Assembly: GCA_965197525.1 (NCBI GenBank)
Contig: OZ240211.1
Span: forward strand, 1,888,001 to 1,952,000
Direction of reading: 5' to 3'
Source: Nitrosopumilus sp.
GTDB taxonomy: Archaea > Thermoproteota > Nitrososphaeria > Nitrososphaerales > Nitrosopumilaceae
Length of the DNA: 64,000 nt
Below the pieces are notes generated by a model. It ran no database searches, was not told where the DNA came from, and worked only from the letters and a program-made list of their open reading frames with translations. Positions 20,407 through 31,140 of the stretch are shown piece after piece (positions within the stretch are counted from its first letter, which is position 1; each line of letters opens with the position of its first letter). Made by a program: the position numbers and the translations under genes.

Positions 20407-21375
20407 TTGTCACCGAAAGTCAGCATGACAAAAAATGGAATCTTGTGTGTCTTAAAGACCGGGCGTGTAAGCCTTGATCCGAAAAACGGTGACATGACTG
20501 GGATCAACTTTGTATCTCACGCTCATTCTGACCATCTTCCCTCAAGAAATAGTGGTGGTACTATGCTGTCATCCATTGAGACAAACGAGATTGCAAATTT
20601 GCGCGGCTTTAAGATGAAGAATCACGTGGATTCACTTGATGATTTTTCCTTGATTGATAGTGGACATATTCTTGGCGCAAAAGGATTACTATTTGATGAT
20701 ATCTTTTATACTGGTGATATCTGTACCCGAGATCGTGGATTTCTCAAGGGTGCCAAGATTCCTGCATGCAAAACTCTGATTACTGAATGCACGTTTGGGT
20801 TGCCAGAGTTTGTATTCCCAGAACTCGATGTCGTATTAAAGCAGGTAAATGAGCTAATATCTGAACTTTATGCAAAGGGCATTCCCATAATTTTAATGGG
20901 TTATCAATTAGGCAAGGCGCAGACTATCACCCAGTTCTTTGATCACTGGGGACCTATGTATCTTCATGATTCTGTAAAACATATGAATTCACTACATCGC
21001 AAATTTAATGTTCAAATCAAAGATGGTATTGGTCATACTCTTGCAGAGGAAAAGGGTCTACTGGACCAAAAGCCTTGGATTATGGTTGCTCCGTTAATGT
21101 CTAATAGGAGTAAATTTGTTCAAGAGATGAAATCCAAATACGGTGCAGTCACAATTGGTTTTAGTGGATGGGCCCAATCGCAAAAATTTTCTTTTGGACG
21201 GTGTACTGATTACTCTTTTCCCATAAGTGATCACTGTGATTACAATGAACTAGTAGATATGGTTAAACAATCTGGCGCTGAACAAGTGTATACTATACAT
21301 GGTTTTGTCAATGAGTTCGCAGAAGATCTTGAAAAAATCGGTATTAGTGCACGACCATTGCTGAAAGAAGATTAG
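20407..21375 (+). CDS. metallo-beta-lactamase-fold exonuclease (beta-CASP-like)
   Basis: SHAHSDH, GHILGA, YTGD and SDHCDY motifs. Confidence 0.88.
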   Translation: MSPKVSMTKNGILCVLKTGRVSLDPKNGDMTGINFVSHAHSDHLPSRNSGGTMLSSIETNEIANLRGFKMKNHVDSLDDFSLIDSGHILGAKGLLFDDIFYTGDICTRDRGFLKGAKIPACKTLITECTFGLPEFVFPELDVVLKQVNELISELYAKGIPIILMGYQLGKAQTITQFFDHWGPMYLHDSVKHMNSLHRKFNVQIKDGIGHTLAEEKGLLDQKPWIMVAPLMSNRSKFVQEMKSKYGAVTIGFSGWAQSQKFSFGRCTDYSFPISDHCDYNELVDMVKQSGAEQVYTIHGFVNEFAEDLEKIGISARPLLKED

Positions 21376-21385
21376 TCGAGTACTC

Positions 21386-21622
21386 TTATTTTATATATTT
21401 ACTACAGTTACAATCAGTAGCTAAACATATCTCTGTGTTTCTGATATGATCGTGTGAAAAATGTTTACACTCTTCGTTTTTGCATGTTCTTCTCTCTGTC
21501 TCTTTTTTTACTACCGCTTGAGCTATCTCGTTTGCCTTGTCTTTTGAAAATCCTTTCTTATCAATGTAAAAATGAACTACTGTATTGTATAGCAGATCTG
21601 GTTTGAATGGTTTTTCTAGCAA
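21386..21622 (-). CDS. small hypothetical protein with Cys/His-rich C-terminus
   Basis: CKNEECKH...H...CLATDCNC; plausible metal binder. Confidence 0.65.
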   Translation of the reverse strand: MLEKPFKPDLLYNTVVHFYIDKKGFSKDKANEIAQAVVKKETERRTCKNEECKHFSHDHIRNTEICLATDCNCSKYIK

Positions 21623-22672
21623 GATTATCTGATTAGATTACCCCTTTCATATATAAAAATACAATGACCGGAAATATATTTGAAGCATCGATTTTGAGGC
21701 TAACTTGTGTTTATTGCCAAATCAATCAGATCTATTCTTGTGTATCTATGTGAAATGGACACATCAAAGTTTTGATCCTATTTACACTTGCTATTAATTT
21801 TTTTTATATTTGGTATCCTGCGTTAGAACAAGTGTACACAATACTAAATAAATAAAATAAATCAATGCTGATTCTAGATATATGCTTGTACTTTTATTTG
21901 GTCGTTTGCATAGAACTAACCGACTAAACTAAAACATATACAACAAACTAGATTGTCATAGACGCATTTGCTGCAATATCTAACAAGTGATGCTGTAACT
22001 AATAGAATTCTATCTTTTGGATCTTCTCATCTGCCAGATATCTCTCTTTAACAGTATTGCCTCTTTTTATTCCCTCTTCTAAAATATGTCCCCTTGTGGC
22101 AATCACACTTACATGATTCATCATTACAAAATCCCTTACCATCTTCTAGCATATCTCTATTACCACTTCATCATATTTGAAACATTAGTCTTTTCGAATA
22201 TGTTTTGACAGGTTATTGAAATTTCACTCAGATTTGATCTTGAAATATCTATAATACAGCCCTGCCAAGTTGCTGTTACCTGATTCTTCTTGTCATAGAT
22301 GATAATCAAAGCGAATATCTTTGGTGTGGATAAGAATCAAAAGCTTGTGGAGACAACAAAACTTTCCATGCTTCTTAAATAAACAGCATCACTGAAAGAA
22401 AGAAGATTGCCTAGTCTTTTTGATAGTAGTATCGACATTGGAAACAGCACGGTAAAAAAATTCCTCAAGACAAATTACCAGAAGAACTCAGATTAAACGA
22501 TCACATGCTCATACTGAACTATCTTTTAATCATACCACTTTGAGAGAAATCTTTATCATGGTAAGGAGATATCTAGGCGTGGAATGGTGGTGGTATTATC
22601 AAGAGCGCAACATGGTAAAAAAATGATCAGATGGTAAAAAAATAATGACGAAGCAAATATTAAATATCCACT

Positions 22673-22879
22673 TTGAGACAGTATGTCATGAAACAAGCGG
22701 TGTCATTAACTCAATACGGTAAGATCGTATTGACAAAGGATCAAATTGACGAAGTTCACACGTTCAAAACAAATTTACAACATGGCTCTGCCGATATTTC
22801 CTTTGAGGGTTCTCTCATAGAGGGCACAGCATATCTTAAGGGATTGGCAGAAATTGTGGAAGCTACTAATCACTCATAA
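22673..22879 (+). CDS. small hypothetical protein
   Basis: 68-aa ORF, no family recognised. Confidence 0.4.
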   Translation: MRQYVMKQAVSLTQYGKIVLTKDQIDEVHTFKTNLQHGSADISFEGSLIEGTAYLKGLAEIVEATNHS

Positions 22880-23163
22880 CTTCATCACTCAATTTTTGAA
22901 GTTGTAAAGAGGTCAGCATGTCTTTATCTTGGATTCTCTACGTTTTCTAGTTGATGTCCTGAATCTGGATGCTGAACCAGAGTTTGAGGTGATTGATGAC
23001 TATACTAACTCCCATGAATCCATGCCATTTCCGATCACGTATCATATAGATTACGATAATGAGCGGTTGTATCTAATCTCAATTGAAAAACATTTGATCA
23101 AATAGTATTATAATTGAATCCTAAACTGTTAAAAAGGGTATTAGTGGCAAACGCACTAAAGAC

Positions 23164-23834
23164 ATGACTCATGAAATTTTAAAAAATCCAACTGGACTAA
23201 TCGAATTTACCCTAAACAGAGGTGAAAGGGTGACTGCAGAATCTGCAGCTATGGTATACATTCAAGGCGATATTGAAACTGAAACCAAGATGCGAAAAGG
23301 CGGTTTTCTTAAATCGTTAAAGGCTGCAGCGCTAGGTGGCGAATCATTTTTTGTCAATGAGTTTATTGCACACGATGATAACTGCAAGTTGGGATTAACA
23401 GGGAACATGCTTGGTGATATTGAGGTCATTCCAGTCAGTGATGAATTCATTGTCCAGTCAGGTGCATTTGTCTGCTCTACTGGTGACTTGACACTTGATA
23501 CGCAGTGGCAAGGATTTTCAAAGGGGATATTTGGCAGCAATCTGTTTATGCTAAAGACAGTTGGCTCTGGAGAGATGTTTGTCAATGCGTGGGGTGGAAT
23601 TATCAAAAAGATCTCGAATCTGGTCAAAAAATGATAGTTGACAACTATCAACTAGTAGCACTAAGTTCTAGTGCAGAGTATAGGGTGACAAAACACGGTA
23701 GTCTAAAGACAACTTTGTTTGGTGGGGAAGCCCTAGTAATTGAGATTACCGGTCCGGGTACAGTATACCTGCAGACTAAAAACATCATGGAATTTACAAG
23801 GGCAATAATTCCATTTTTGCCCAAAAGACACTAG
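23164..23834 (+). pseudogene. AIM24/TIGR00266 family protein, frameshifted at an A5 run (23605-23609)
   Basis: AESAAMVY and GGESFFVN in the first frame; DLESGQKMIVDN and GGEALVIEITGPGTVYLQT in the second; one extra A joins them. Confidence 0.85.
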
Positions 23835-23951
23835 CTGACAATGGTTTAGAGCCTGACTTGCAGGATTTTATTAATTGAGACTTGAATATCTGTCTTTTAG
23901 ACCATGTTCTGAATCTGATAATATCAACTTGCAAACAGATACTCTTGCATC

Positions 23952-25232
23952 TTACTTTAAAATTACGCCTATGTCCATCAAATTGGTGTGGGTTGGACCT
24001 GTAATGATGTTGTTTTTTTGTTTTTGAAAATATCTTCCCGAATCGCTATTTTTTAGAAATTCTTTGATTGTATCTGTATCTACTTTGACATTATCCGTAA
24101 TTGCTCCTGCAAAGACAGAGTTACCGTCAATACCGTCTGTACCAATAGATGCTATGACCATCCTGTCTAACTTTTGAGTATTCTTTAGCATTCTTAAAAC
24201 TAGTTCTTGATTTCTTCCGCCCATTCCTTTTCCTAAAACACGAAGCGTTGTCTCTCCTCCAAAGATAATGCAGTCATTCTCTTCATTTGCAATCTCTTTT
24301 AGAATCTCTTTGACTGAGTCTTTGATATCTCCAAAAACCTGCATCTTGTAGACTGTACACCCTAACTGTTCTGCAGTTTTCTGCATTATTCTTAGACAGT
24401 CATTGTTGTTTACTATTATGTAATTATCCATCTTTGTTTTTTTAGGCGTCTCTCCGTTTTCTCCTAGCTCTTCTCCTTTTTTTAGAACTCGCAATACGTC
24501 TGTGGGAATCTTTGATCTTATCTTGTACTTGTCTATGATCTGTAGCGCATCTGCATAGGTCGTATCATCCATGTATGTAGTTCCTGATGCAATAGATGAC
24601 AGATCATCTCCTTGAACATCTGACATTACCAAGCCTATTCCTGCACATCTCATATTCTGAATTAATCTGCCTCCTTTGATCTTTGATAGATGTTTTCTAA
24701 TACAGTTGAACTCTTGAATTGTGGCCCCTGATTTTAGCAGTACGTCAGTTACGTATATCTTATCCTCAAGCGTAATGTTGTCAGGCATTGCAAGAAGAGA
24801 TGACCCTCCTCCTGAGATTAAAAAAATTACCAACTCGTCTTCTCGTCTATTCTCCACAAACTTCATCACCTCTTTTGCGGCCTTTACGCTTGTTTTGTCT
24901 GGTTTTGGATGCCTTGAATTAAAAATATGAAATTTCTTTCCCTTGATTACTGATTTAGAACCCTTGGGAATTACAATAATTCCGCTTTTTATAGGAACAA
25001 CGTTGTTTATTGCCCTAGTCATTGAATCTCCTGCCTTCCCAAACGCAACTGTATGGATGGCAGAATACTTTGTCATATCCCATATGTTGCCACCAATCAC
25101 TATTTTAGTTGGTGTAACATACTTTGAGATGATCCTCTCCGGATCTGCTGCCTGCAGACCTGACTCTAAAATCTTTAAAACTGCTTCTCTATTTTTAGTC
25201 GTTGCAAGCTCTTTGTAATTCTTAATAATCAT
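23952..25232 (-). CDS. glycerate 2-kinase (DUF4147/MOFRL)
   Basis: FLISGGGSSL, RKHLSKIKGG, SDVQGDD, GGETT, GRNQE, TDGIDG and TGPTHTN motifs. Confidence 0.92.
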   Translation of the reverse strand: MIIKNYKELATTKNREAVLKILESGLQAADPERIISKYVTPTKIVIGGNIWDMTKYSAIHTVAFGKAGDSMTRAINNVVPIKSGIIVIPKGSKSVIKGKKFHIFNSRHPKPDKTSVKAAKEVMKFVENRREDELVIFLISGGGSSLLAMPDNITLEDKIYVTDVLLKSGATIQEFNCIRKHLSKIKGGRLIQNMRCAGIGLVMSDVQGDDLSSIASGTTYMDDTTYADALQIIDKYKIRSKIPTDVLRVLKKGEELGENGETPKKTKMDNYIIVNNNDCLRIMQKTAEQLGCTVYKMQVFGDIKDSVKEILKEIANEENDCIIFGGETTLRVLGKGMGGRNQELVLRMLKNTQKLDRMVIASIGTDGIDGNSVFAGAITDNVKVDTDTIKEFLKNSDSGRYFQKQKNNIITGPTHTNLMDIGVILK

Positions 25233-25285
25233 ACCATCATCTATGAATTGTAAGATATAATAATAATCAATATTGTTGTTGATTT

Positions 25286-26230
25286 ATGCAAACAGTACGT
25301 ATTCCAAAAGTTATTCATTTTGGAGAAGACGCACTTGGTCAAACAGAGTATCCTAACAATGCCCTAGTTGTCACAACTGTTCCACCAGAACTATCTGATA
25401 AATGGCTGGCAAAAATGGGCATCAAAGACTACATGTTGTACGATCAAGTAAAACCTGAACCCTCAATTGAGGATGTCAATACTGTTATTTCCCAATTCAA
25501 AGACAAGGACCCATCTGTTCTTATAGGACTCGGTGGCGGAAGTTCGATGGATGTAGTAAAATATGCTGCACCTGAGATGAAAAAAGAGAAGATCTTAATT
25601 CCAACAACGTTTGGAACCGGTGCTGAAATGACAACTTATTGTGTCCTGAAATTCGATGGAAAAAAGAAGTTGTTGCGTGAAGACAGATTTTTAGCCGATA
25701 TGGCAGTAGTCGATTCGTATTTTATGGATGGAACTCCGGAGCAGGTTTTAAAGAATTCTGTATGTGATGCGTGCGCTCAAGCTACTGAAGGATATGATAG
25801 CAAGCTCGGTAGTGACTTGACTAGAACACTATGCAAACAAGCATTTGACATTCTCTATGATGCAATCATCAACGACAAACCAGAGAACTATCCATACGGT
25901 TCCATGTTATCTGGAATGGGATTTGGTAACTGTTCTACAACACTGGGGCATGCTTTATCATATGTGTTCTCAAATGAGGGTGTACCACATGGGTATTCCT
26001 TATCATCTTGTACTACAGTCGCACACAAACATAACAAGTCAATCTTTTATGATCGATTCAAAGAGGCTATGGATAAACTTGGATTTGACAAGCTAGATCT
26101 CAAAGCTGACGTCTCAGAAGCTGCTGATATCGTAATGACTGATAAAGGTCACTTGGATCCAAATCCAATTCCGATATCTAAAGATGATGTAATACAGTGT
26201 CTAGAAGATATCAAAGCAGGAAGTCTGTAA
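25286..26230 (+). CDS. iron-containing alcohol dehydrogenase, probable malonic semialdehyde reductase of the 3HP/4HB cycle
   Basis: GLGGGSSMDVVK, IPTTFGTGAE and GHALSY...HG motifs; from memory it closely resembles the Nitrosopumilus enzyme. Confidence 0.8.
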   Translation: MQTVRIPKVIHFGEDALGQTEYPNNALVVTTVPPELSDKWLAKMGIKDYMLYDQVKPEPSIEDVNTVISQFKDKDPSVLIGLGGGSSMDVVKYAAPEMKKEKILIPTTFGTGAEMTTYCVLKFDGKKKLLREDRFLADMAVVDSYFMDGTPEQVLKNSVCDACAQATEGYDSKLGSDLTRTLCKQAFDILYDAIINDKPENYPYGSMLSGMGFGNCSTTLGHALSYVFSNEGVPHGYSLSSCTTVAHKHNKSIFYDRFKEAMDKLGFDKLDLKADVSEAADIVMTDKGHLDPNPIPISKDDVIQCLEDIKAGSL

Positions 26231-26322
26231 AAACATCTTTGCTTTTTTTTATTTATTTTTTATATTCCTACAACAATCTACGAAATCAGTACCTTGACTA
26301 AACTTTTTATTCTAAGACTCTC

Positions 26323-27435
26323 ATGGAAAAGTACGTGACTGAAAATAAACTAAAATTTGGTATTCAAAACGGATTAAACGTTGCAAGAGCAGGCTATACT
26401 GAGGATCAGATCCTGACTGCATGTATGTTAGCTGACAAGACTGGATATGACTCCATATTCTATATGGATCATACCAACGTCCCACAATGGAAGAATGCCA
26501 TAGTCTTGGATCCGTGGGTTATGTTATCTGCAATTGCTGCAGTAACCAACAATGTAGAACTTGGAACATGTGTTACTGATGCCATCAGACGTCATCCGTC
26601 TAACATTGCACTAGCTGCCATTACACTTGACAGGGTCTCAAAAGGCCGCGCAATACTCGGAATTGGCGCAGGCGAAGCTCAAAACCTCAAAGAGTTTTGT
26701 ATTCCATTTGAAAAACCTGTTTCAAAATGGGCAGAACAGATTGAGGCTATTCATACATTATACGATTCAACTCCTGATAATACGGTCAACTATACGGGCA
26801 AATACTATCAACTAGAGGGCGCATGTCTGCAGGCACCTCCGATTAGAAAACCCCGTCCTCCTACATATATGGCAGCAGGTGGAAAACGTACACTTGCGTT
26901 AACTGGAAAACTTGGAGACGGTTGGCTGCCAATAGGATACACTCCTGAACTCTTCGAAGATCACGCAAAGCAGATAAAAGCATCCATGGAGAAGAACAAC
27001 AGAACGCAGGATGAGAAAGACAGATTCCAATATGCACTTGATATTGATGTGTATTTCTCAGATGACGCAGAAGCATCATGGGCACGAATGAAAGAAGCAG
27101 TAAAGGTCAGTCTGTTCAAGCCTGAGGTCTTACGAGTCCATGGACTAAAGGATATCGAGGGATTTGACTTTGTGAAATACTTTACAGAGTATTCAATGTC
27201 AAATCAAGACTGGATTGTACAGATGAGAGAGGCTGCAACAAAGATACCTGATGGCATAGCACGTTCGTCAACTGCTGTTGGTACACCTGAGGATGTCATT
27301 CCTACATTTGAGAGATTCATGGATGCTGGCGTAAACCACTTTGTAATCCGATTCTGGGGCAAGAACTACTTTGGCTCCATTGACAAGTTTGCAAGTCATG
27401 TGATGCCTGTACTACGAGAGCGTGCCAAAAAATAA
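26323..27435 (+). CDS. luciferase-like (LLM) F420-dependent oxidoreductase
   Basis: DPWVMLSAIAAVT, RRHPSNIA, GRAILGIGAG and GDGWLP motifs. Confidence 0.9.
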   Translation: MEKYVTENKLKFGIQNGLNVARAGYTEDQILTACMLADKTGYDSIFYMDHTNVPQWKNAIVLDPWVMLSAIAAVTNNVELGTCVTDAIRRHPSNIALAAITLDRVSKGRAILGIGAGEAQNLKEFCIPFEKPVSKWAEQIEAIHTLYDSTPDNTVNYTGKYYQLEGACLQAPPIRKPRPPTYMAAGGKRTLALTGKLGDGWLPIGYTPELFEDHAKQIKASMEKNNRTQDEKDRFQYALDIDVYFSDDAEASWARMKEAVKVSLFKPEVLRVHGLKDIEGFDFVKYFTEYSMSNQDWIVQMREAATKIPDGIARSSTAVGTPEDVIPTFERFMDAGVNHFVIRFWGKNYFGSIDKFASHVMPVLRERAKK

Positions 27436-27474
27436 GCTGTAGAAAGCCATTTACATTACTGCTTTTAATAGAGT

Positions 27475-27741
27475 TTGTTGGAGAACATTGATAATACTGA
27501 CTATGATGATGATGGCGATTTTTCTACTCTAGTCCAAGAATGTATTGACATCCTAGATGAAAATGTTGATGTTTTGGCAGATATCGAGTTTGACCTTCGA
27601 CATGAGCATGAAGATGAAGACGAGTTGACCCCTAACATACAACTGCACGATCTATATGATATGGCAGACGATGCTGCAGAGTCTGCAAAACTCAAGCGTG
27701 CCGAATTCAGCTTCTCTCAAAGACAACTTGACAATCTATGA
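27475..27741 (+). CDS. very acidic hypothetical protein
   Basis: 88-aa Asp/Glu-rich ORF. Confidence 0.55.
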   Translation: MLENIDNTDYDDDGDFSTLVQECIDILDENVDVLADIEFDLRHEHEDEDELTPNIQLHDLYDMADDAAESAKLKRAEFSFSQRQLDNL

Positions 27742-28161
27742 TTTGTGCGGTCTCTTACTTTTTGTAAATGATTTTGATCGGCGTCTGTTTTTCTGTTTTT
27801 CTAACCTCTTTCTCGTACGCTCTGTCGCCTTGGTTGATCCTTGAATGACCTTTGTCTTGCTGCCATCCTTTAGCATAATCTCTTTTCCCTTGAATCTGAA
27901 CTCAATATCTCTGCACTTGACATAGTATTTCCTAAGACAGAAAAATATCCTGTTGTTTGTCCCGTGCATCTCTTTTACTTCTCTTGATTTCTTTAACTCG
28001 TTTAGAATATTTCGTAGTACGCCCTTGTCGATATCTGTGATTCTATGCAACTCTCTGAACCAAATGAATTTTGATTTAGAACCCCATTCCTCCAAGACAT
28101 CTAACGTTTTACGCATGTCTGTATCTCTTTGTATTTGAATGTCAGTATCTGCCACCATCAT
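27736..28161 (-). CDS. hypothetical winged-helix protein with a basic tail
   Basis: WFRELHRITDIDKGVLRNILNELKKSREV is HTH-like; TATAAA lies about 25-30 nt upstream. Confidence 0.6.
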   Translation of the reverse strand: MMVADTDIQIQRDTDMRKTLDVLEEWGSKSKFIWFRELHRITDIDKGVLRNILNELKKSREVKEMHGTNNRIFFCLRKYYVKCRDIEFRFKGKEIMLKDGSKTKVIQGSTKATERTRKRLEKQKNRRRSKSFTKSKRPHKS

Positions 28162-28338
28162 CTATACAGTCTTTTTTATCCCTCATTTATAGTCCGTTGC
28201 ATAACTCATCATACCTATCATTAAAATTACTAGATCCTTCTAGCTACCAACTATCCTTACAAAATAAGCATATAACCTAGCTATTTACTCAAATTTTATT
28301 CTGTAATCATTCTTTAAAATGATCTATAAAGTAACCAT

Positions 28339-28584
28339 ATGGCCAAACAAGCCAAAAAACGAACCAAACGAAAGATAAATTACGCACAACAGGATGCCAA
28401 ATACATCGCCCAGGGTAAAGAGATGGGCAGATATATCGAAGAGATCATGAAATCACAGATTGAAAGGGACAAAAGCGGTTTTATGAAAAACTGTGATGGG
28501 ATGACTAGACTCTTACTTGCAGCAGAAGAATATCACAGAAATCCACTCGTGTTCTCGAATGATAAAAAGACATCATCATCATGA
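28339..28584 (+). CDS. passenger hypothetical protein inside the IS5 element
   Basis: 81-aa ORF between the inverted repeats, convergent with the transposase, with an AT-rich TATA-like upstream region. Confidence 0.6.
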   Translation: MAKQAKKRTKRKINYAQQDAKYIAQGKEMGRYIEEIMKSQIERDKSGFMKNCDGMTRLLLAAEEYHRNPLVFSNDKKTSSS

Positions 28585-28595
28585 CATAATGGCGA

Positions 28596-29756
28596 TTATA
28601 CGGATGAAGTGGCGCTATGTTGTGAAAAGCGTCTTACACTGTTGTAGATATCTATCTTTAGTCTGATCTCATGAATGATGTTTTGCATGGTAATAGCTTT
28701 GACTGAATGCCCAAACATTCGTTTGAATGTAGAGAATGTAATCTCTACTAACCATCGCCTGCTGTAACCCGCCTGTTTCTTCCATTTGTTCCTGTTCTTC
28801 TGACGATCTTCTGCGCTGATCTTGTCCATCTCTTTTGGATTGGTAGTATGCCCGCCTAACTGTTCTAGTATTGCACAATCGCGGCTTGTATGCAGATATC
28901 TGCCATTCTCATCAGATGTGCACTTTGCATTGTTTCGTATTCGTATATACGGGGTTATTCTCATGGATTCACAGTAATCAAAGATCTCTTTAGAGTCATA
29001 TCCCCCATCTGCACGCATCTCAACTTCGATATTTGGTCCACGACCACCTTTTGTCATATCTTCCATCTCTTTACGACGTTTTTTCGGATCTATTCCAAGG
29101 CATACTAGTGCGTCATTTATCATCAGAATGCATTGAGGAGCATCGCCTGTATGCTCATCAGTCACTCTAAAGGCAAGTATCTCTTGAGTCTCTTGACTTG
29201 TCATTATACTGAGCCTGATGAATCCCAGCTTTGTTTTGTATTTGTGATGTCTCCAAAAACTATAGTCAGAAGGTGACAGACCCGTACCATCTGGAACTAG
29301 CTGTACAAACATCCCCTTTCGCTCTATTTTGATTGAATATATTGATGGCAAGAGATCTATCTTGTTTACCCTTCTGCACAGTACCGAATAATCAGGAGTT
29401 CTCTCTTCTCCTATCTGTTTCTTTACCATTCCAACACATTTACGATAGGTTGTGTCCAAAATAAGCTTCAAAATTGCAATCTCCTTTATCATACTATTCG
29501 TATATTTGAATTTTGCACCTTCTTTTCCTTTGTTCATATCTGCAAGCTCTGCACGTTCATCATCAACGGATGCAAACTTTGGTTGTGCCATTTCACCAAT
29601 ATGGATTTGCACTGTATCATTATGGGTATGGTCTATCTTCTTTTTAGTACGTTTGGGGTACTGGTTATACGGTGAATTTTTGGATTCGTTCTTCTTCTTC
29701 TTTTCCTGTTTTCCAACACTTTTCTTGGAATTCTTCTTCTTTGTTTTTAACATCAA
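28596..29756 (-). CDS. IS5-family DDE transposase
   Basis: DGTGL, ADGGYDS and YSRRWLVEITFSTFKRMFG motifs. Confidence 0.93.
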   Translation of the reverse strand: MMLKTKKKNSKKSVGKQEKKKKNESKNSPYNQYPKRTKKKIDHTHNDTVQIHIGEMAQPKFASVDDERAELADMNKGKEGAKFKYTNSMIKEIAILKLILDTTYRKCVGMVKKQIGEERTPDYSVLCRRVNKIDLLPSIYSIKIERKGMFVQLVPDGTGLSPSDYSFWRHHKYKTKLGFIRLSIMTSQETQEILAFRVTDEHTGDAPQCILMINDALVCLGIDPKKRRKEMEDMTKGGRGPNIEVEMRADGGYDSKEIFDYCESMRITPYIRIRNNAKCTSDENGRYLHTSRDCAILEQLGGHTTNPKEMDKISAEDRQKNRNKWKKQAGYSRRWLVEITFSTFKRMFGHSVKAITMQNIIHEIRLKIDIYNSVRRFSQHSATSSV

Positions 29757-30540
29757 GATACGCTCTCAAAATAATTTTAAAACGATATGACTTGAAATTT
29801 CACAACATAGTTTGTTGTATTTATATACTAATTCTGAATTATTAATTGACTGACTGCGGTAGTAGTTAGAATATGGGTAGGAATAAGGAGTTATGCAACG
29901 GACTACTAATTTGGGAACATAATCGACTAAATTTTAGGCACATTTCCATCTACTAATGTTGGGAAAAAATATTCTATTAGTTGATATTTTTAAACTTGAT
30001 CTGTTATCCTAAACTATAATTATAAAATCAATATGACAAGCAGGCGCGTAACATAATATGGTGTATAAAAAGTGGGCTATTTTTACGGTCTCATGCGTTT
30101 TATTTCTCGTTTCATCTTCTGTCACTGTGTCCGCATCTGCCACTACTTATTCTACAACAGGCGCGTTTATTACCACATGGGAGACTACCTCTCCAAACGA
30201 GTCGATAACTATCCCTGTGGGTGGGTTCAGCGGCAATTATACCGTAAACTGGGGCGACGACAGCACAGATACAAACGTCTCGGGGGATCGGACGCATCTA
30301 TATTCCGCACTTGGCAACCACACTGTCATCATATCGGGCAATTTTTCCAAGATATATCTGGGTGGTGATCAGAACAATGCTGCCAAGCTGAGGTCTATCG
30401 ACCAGTGGGGCTCTGCTCAGTGGACCTCTATGGAAGGTGCATTCAAGGGAGCATCCAACATGGTTTATCGCGCAATTGATTCCCCAGACCTTTTGCGCGT
30501 CACCAACACGGCCTCCATGTTCCACGACGCTGTTATCTTC

Positions 30541-31140
30541 AACGGTAACCTCTCCGGCTGGGATGTCTCACATGTCACCTACATGTCTAACATGTTCAAA
30601 AATGCCGACTCCTTCAACGGTAACCTCTCCGGCTGGGATGTCTCACATGTCACCGACATGTCTGACATGTTTCTCAGTGCCGACTCTTTTGCCGGCAACC
30701 TCTCCGGCTGGGATGTCTCATCTGTAACCGACATGTCCCGTATGTTTTGGTTTGCAACCAACTTTAACAGTGACCTCTCCGGCTGGGATGTCCAATCGGT
30801 GGAAAACATGGGTGAGATGTTTGCTTTTGCATTTGTCTTTACTAGCGACCTCTCCGGCTGGGATGTCTCACGCGTCACCGACATGCGTTATATGTTCCAA
30901 CACGCATTTGTCTTTACTAGCGACCTCTCCGGCTGGGATGTCTCACGCGTCACCGACATGCGTTATATGTTTAATGACGTCGCCAACTTTACTAGCGACC
31001 TCTCCGGCTGGGATGTCTCACGCGTCACCAACATGCGTTCTATGTTTCATGGCGCCGACTTCTTTAACAGCGACATCTCCAACTGGAACATTACTAGTGT
31101 TACAGACATAACAGGCATATTTAGCAGTAACTCTGCTTTT
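30541..31140 (+). repeat. 75-bp (25-aa) BspA/DUF285 coding repeats
   Basis: GACCTCTCCGGCTGGGATGTC recurs at 75-bp spacing. Confidence 0.9.

Larger units (their letters stand above)
28190..29905. mobile_element. IS5-family insertion sequence carrying a passenger ORF
   Basis: Perfect 18-bp terminal inverted repeats TAGTCCGTTGCATAACTC (28190-28207) and GAGTTATGCAACGGACTA (29888-29905). Confidence 0.9.
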
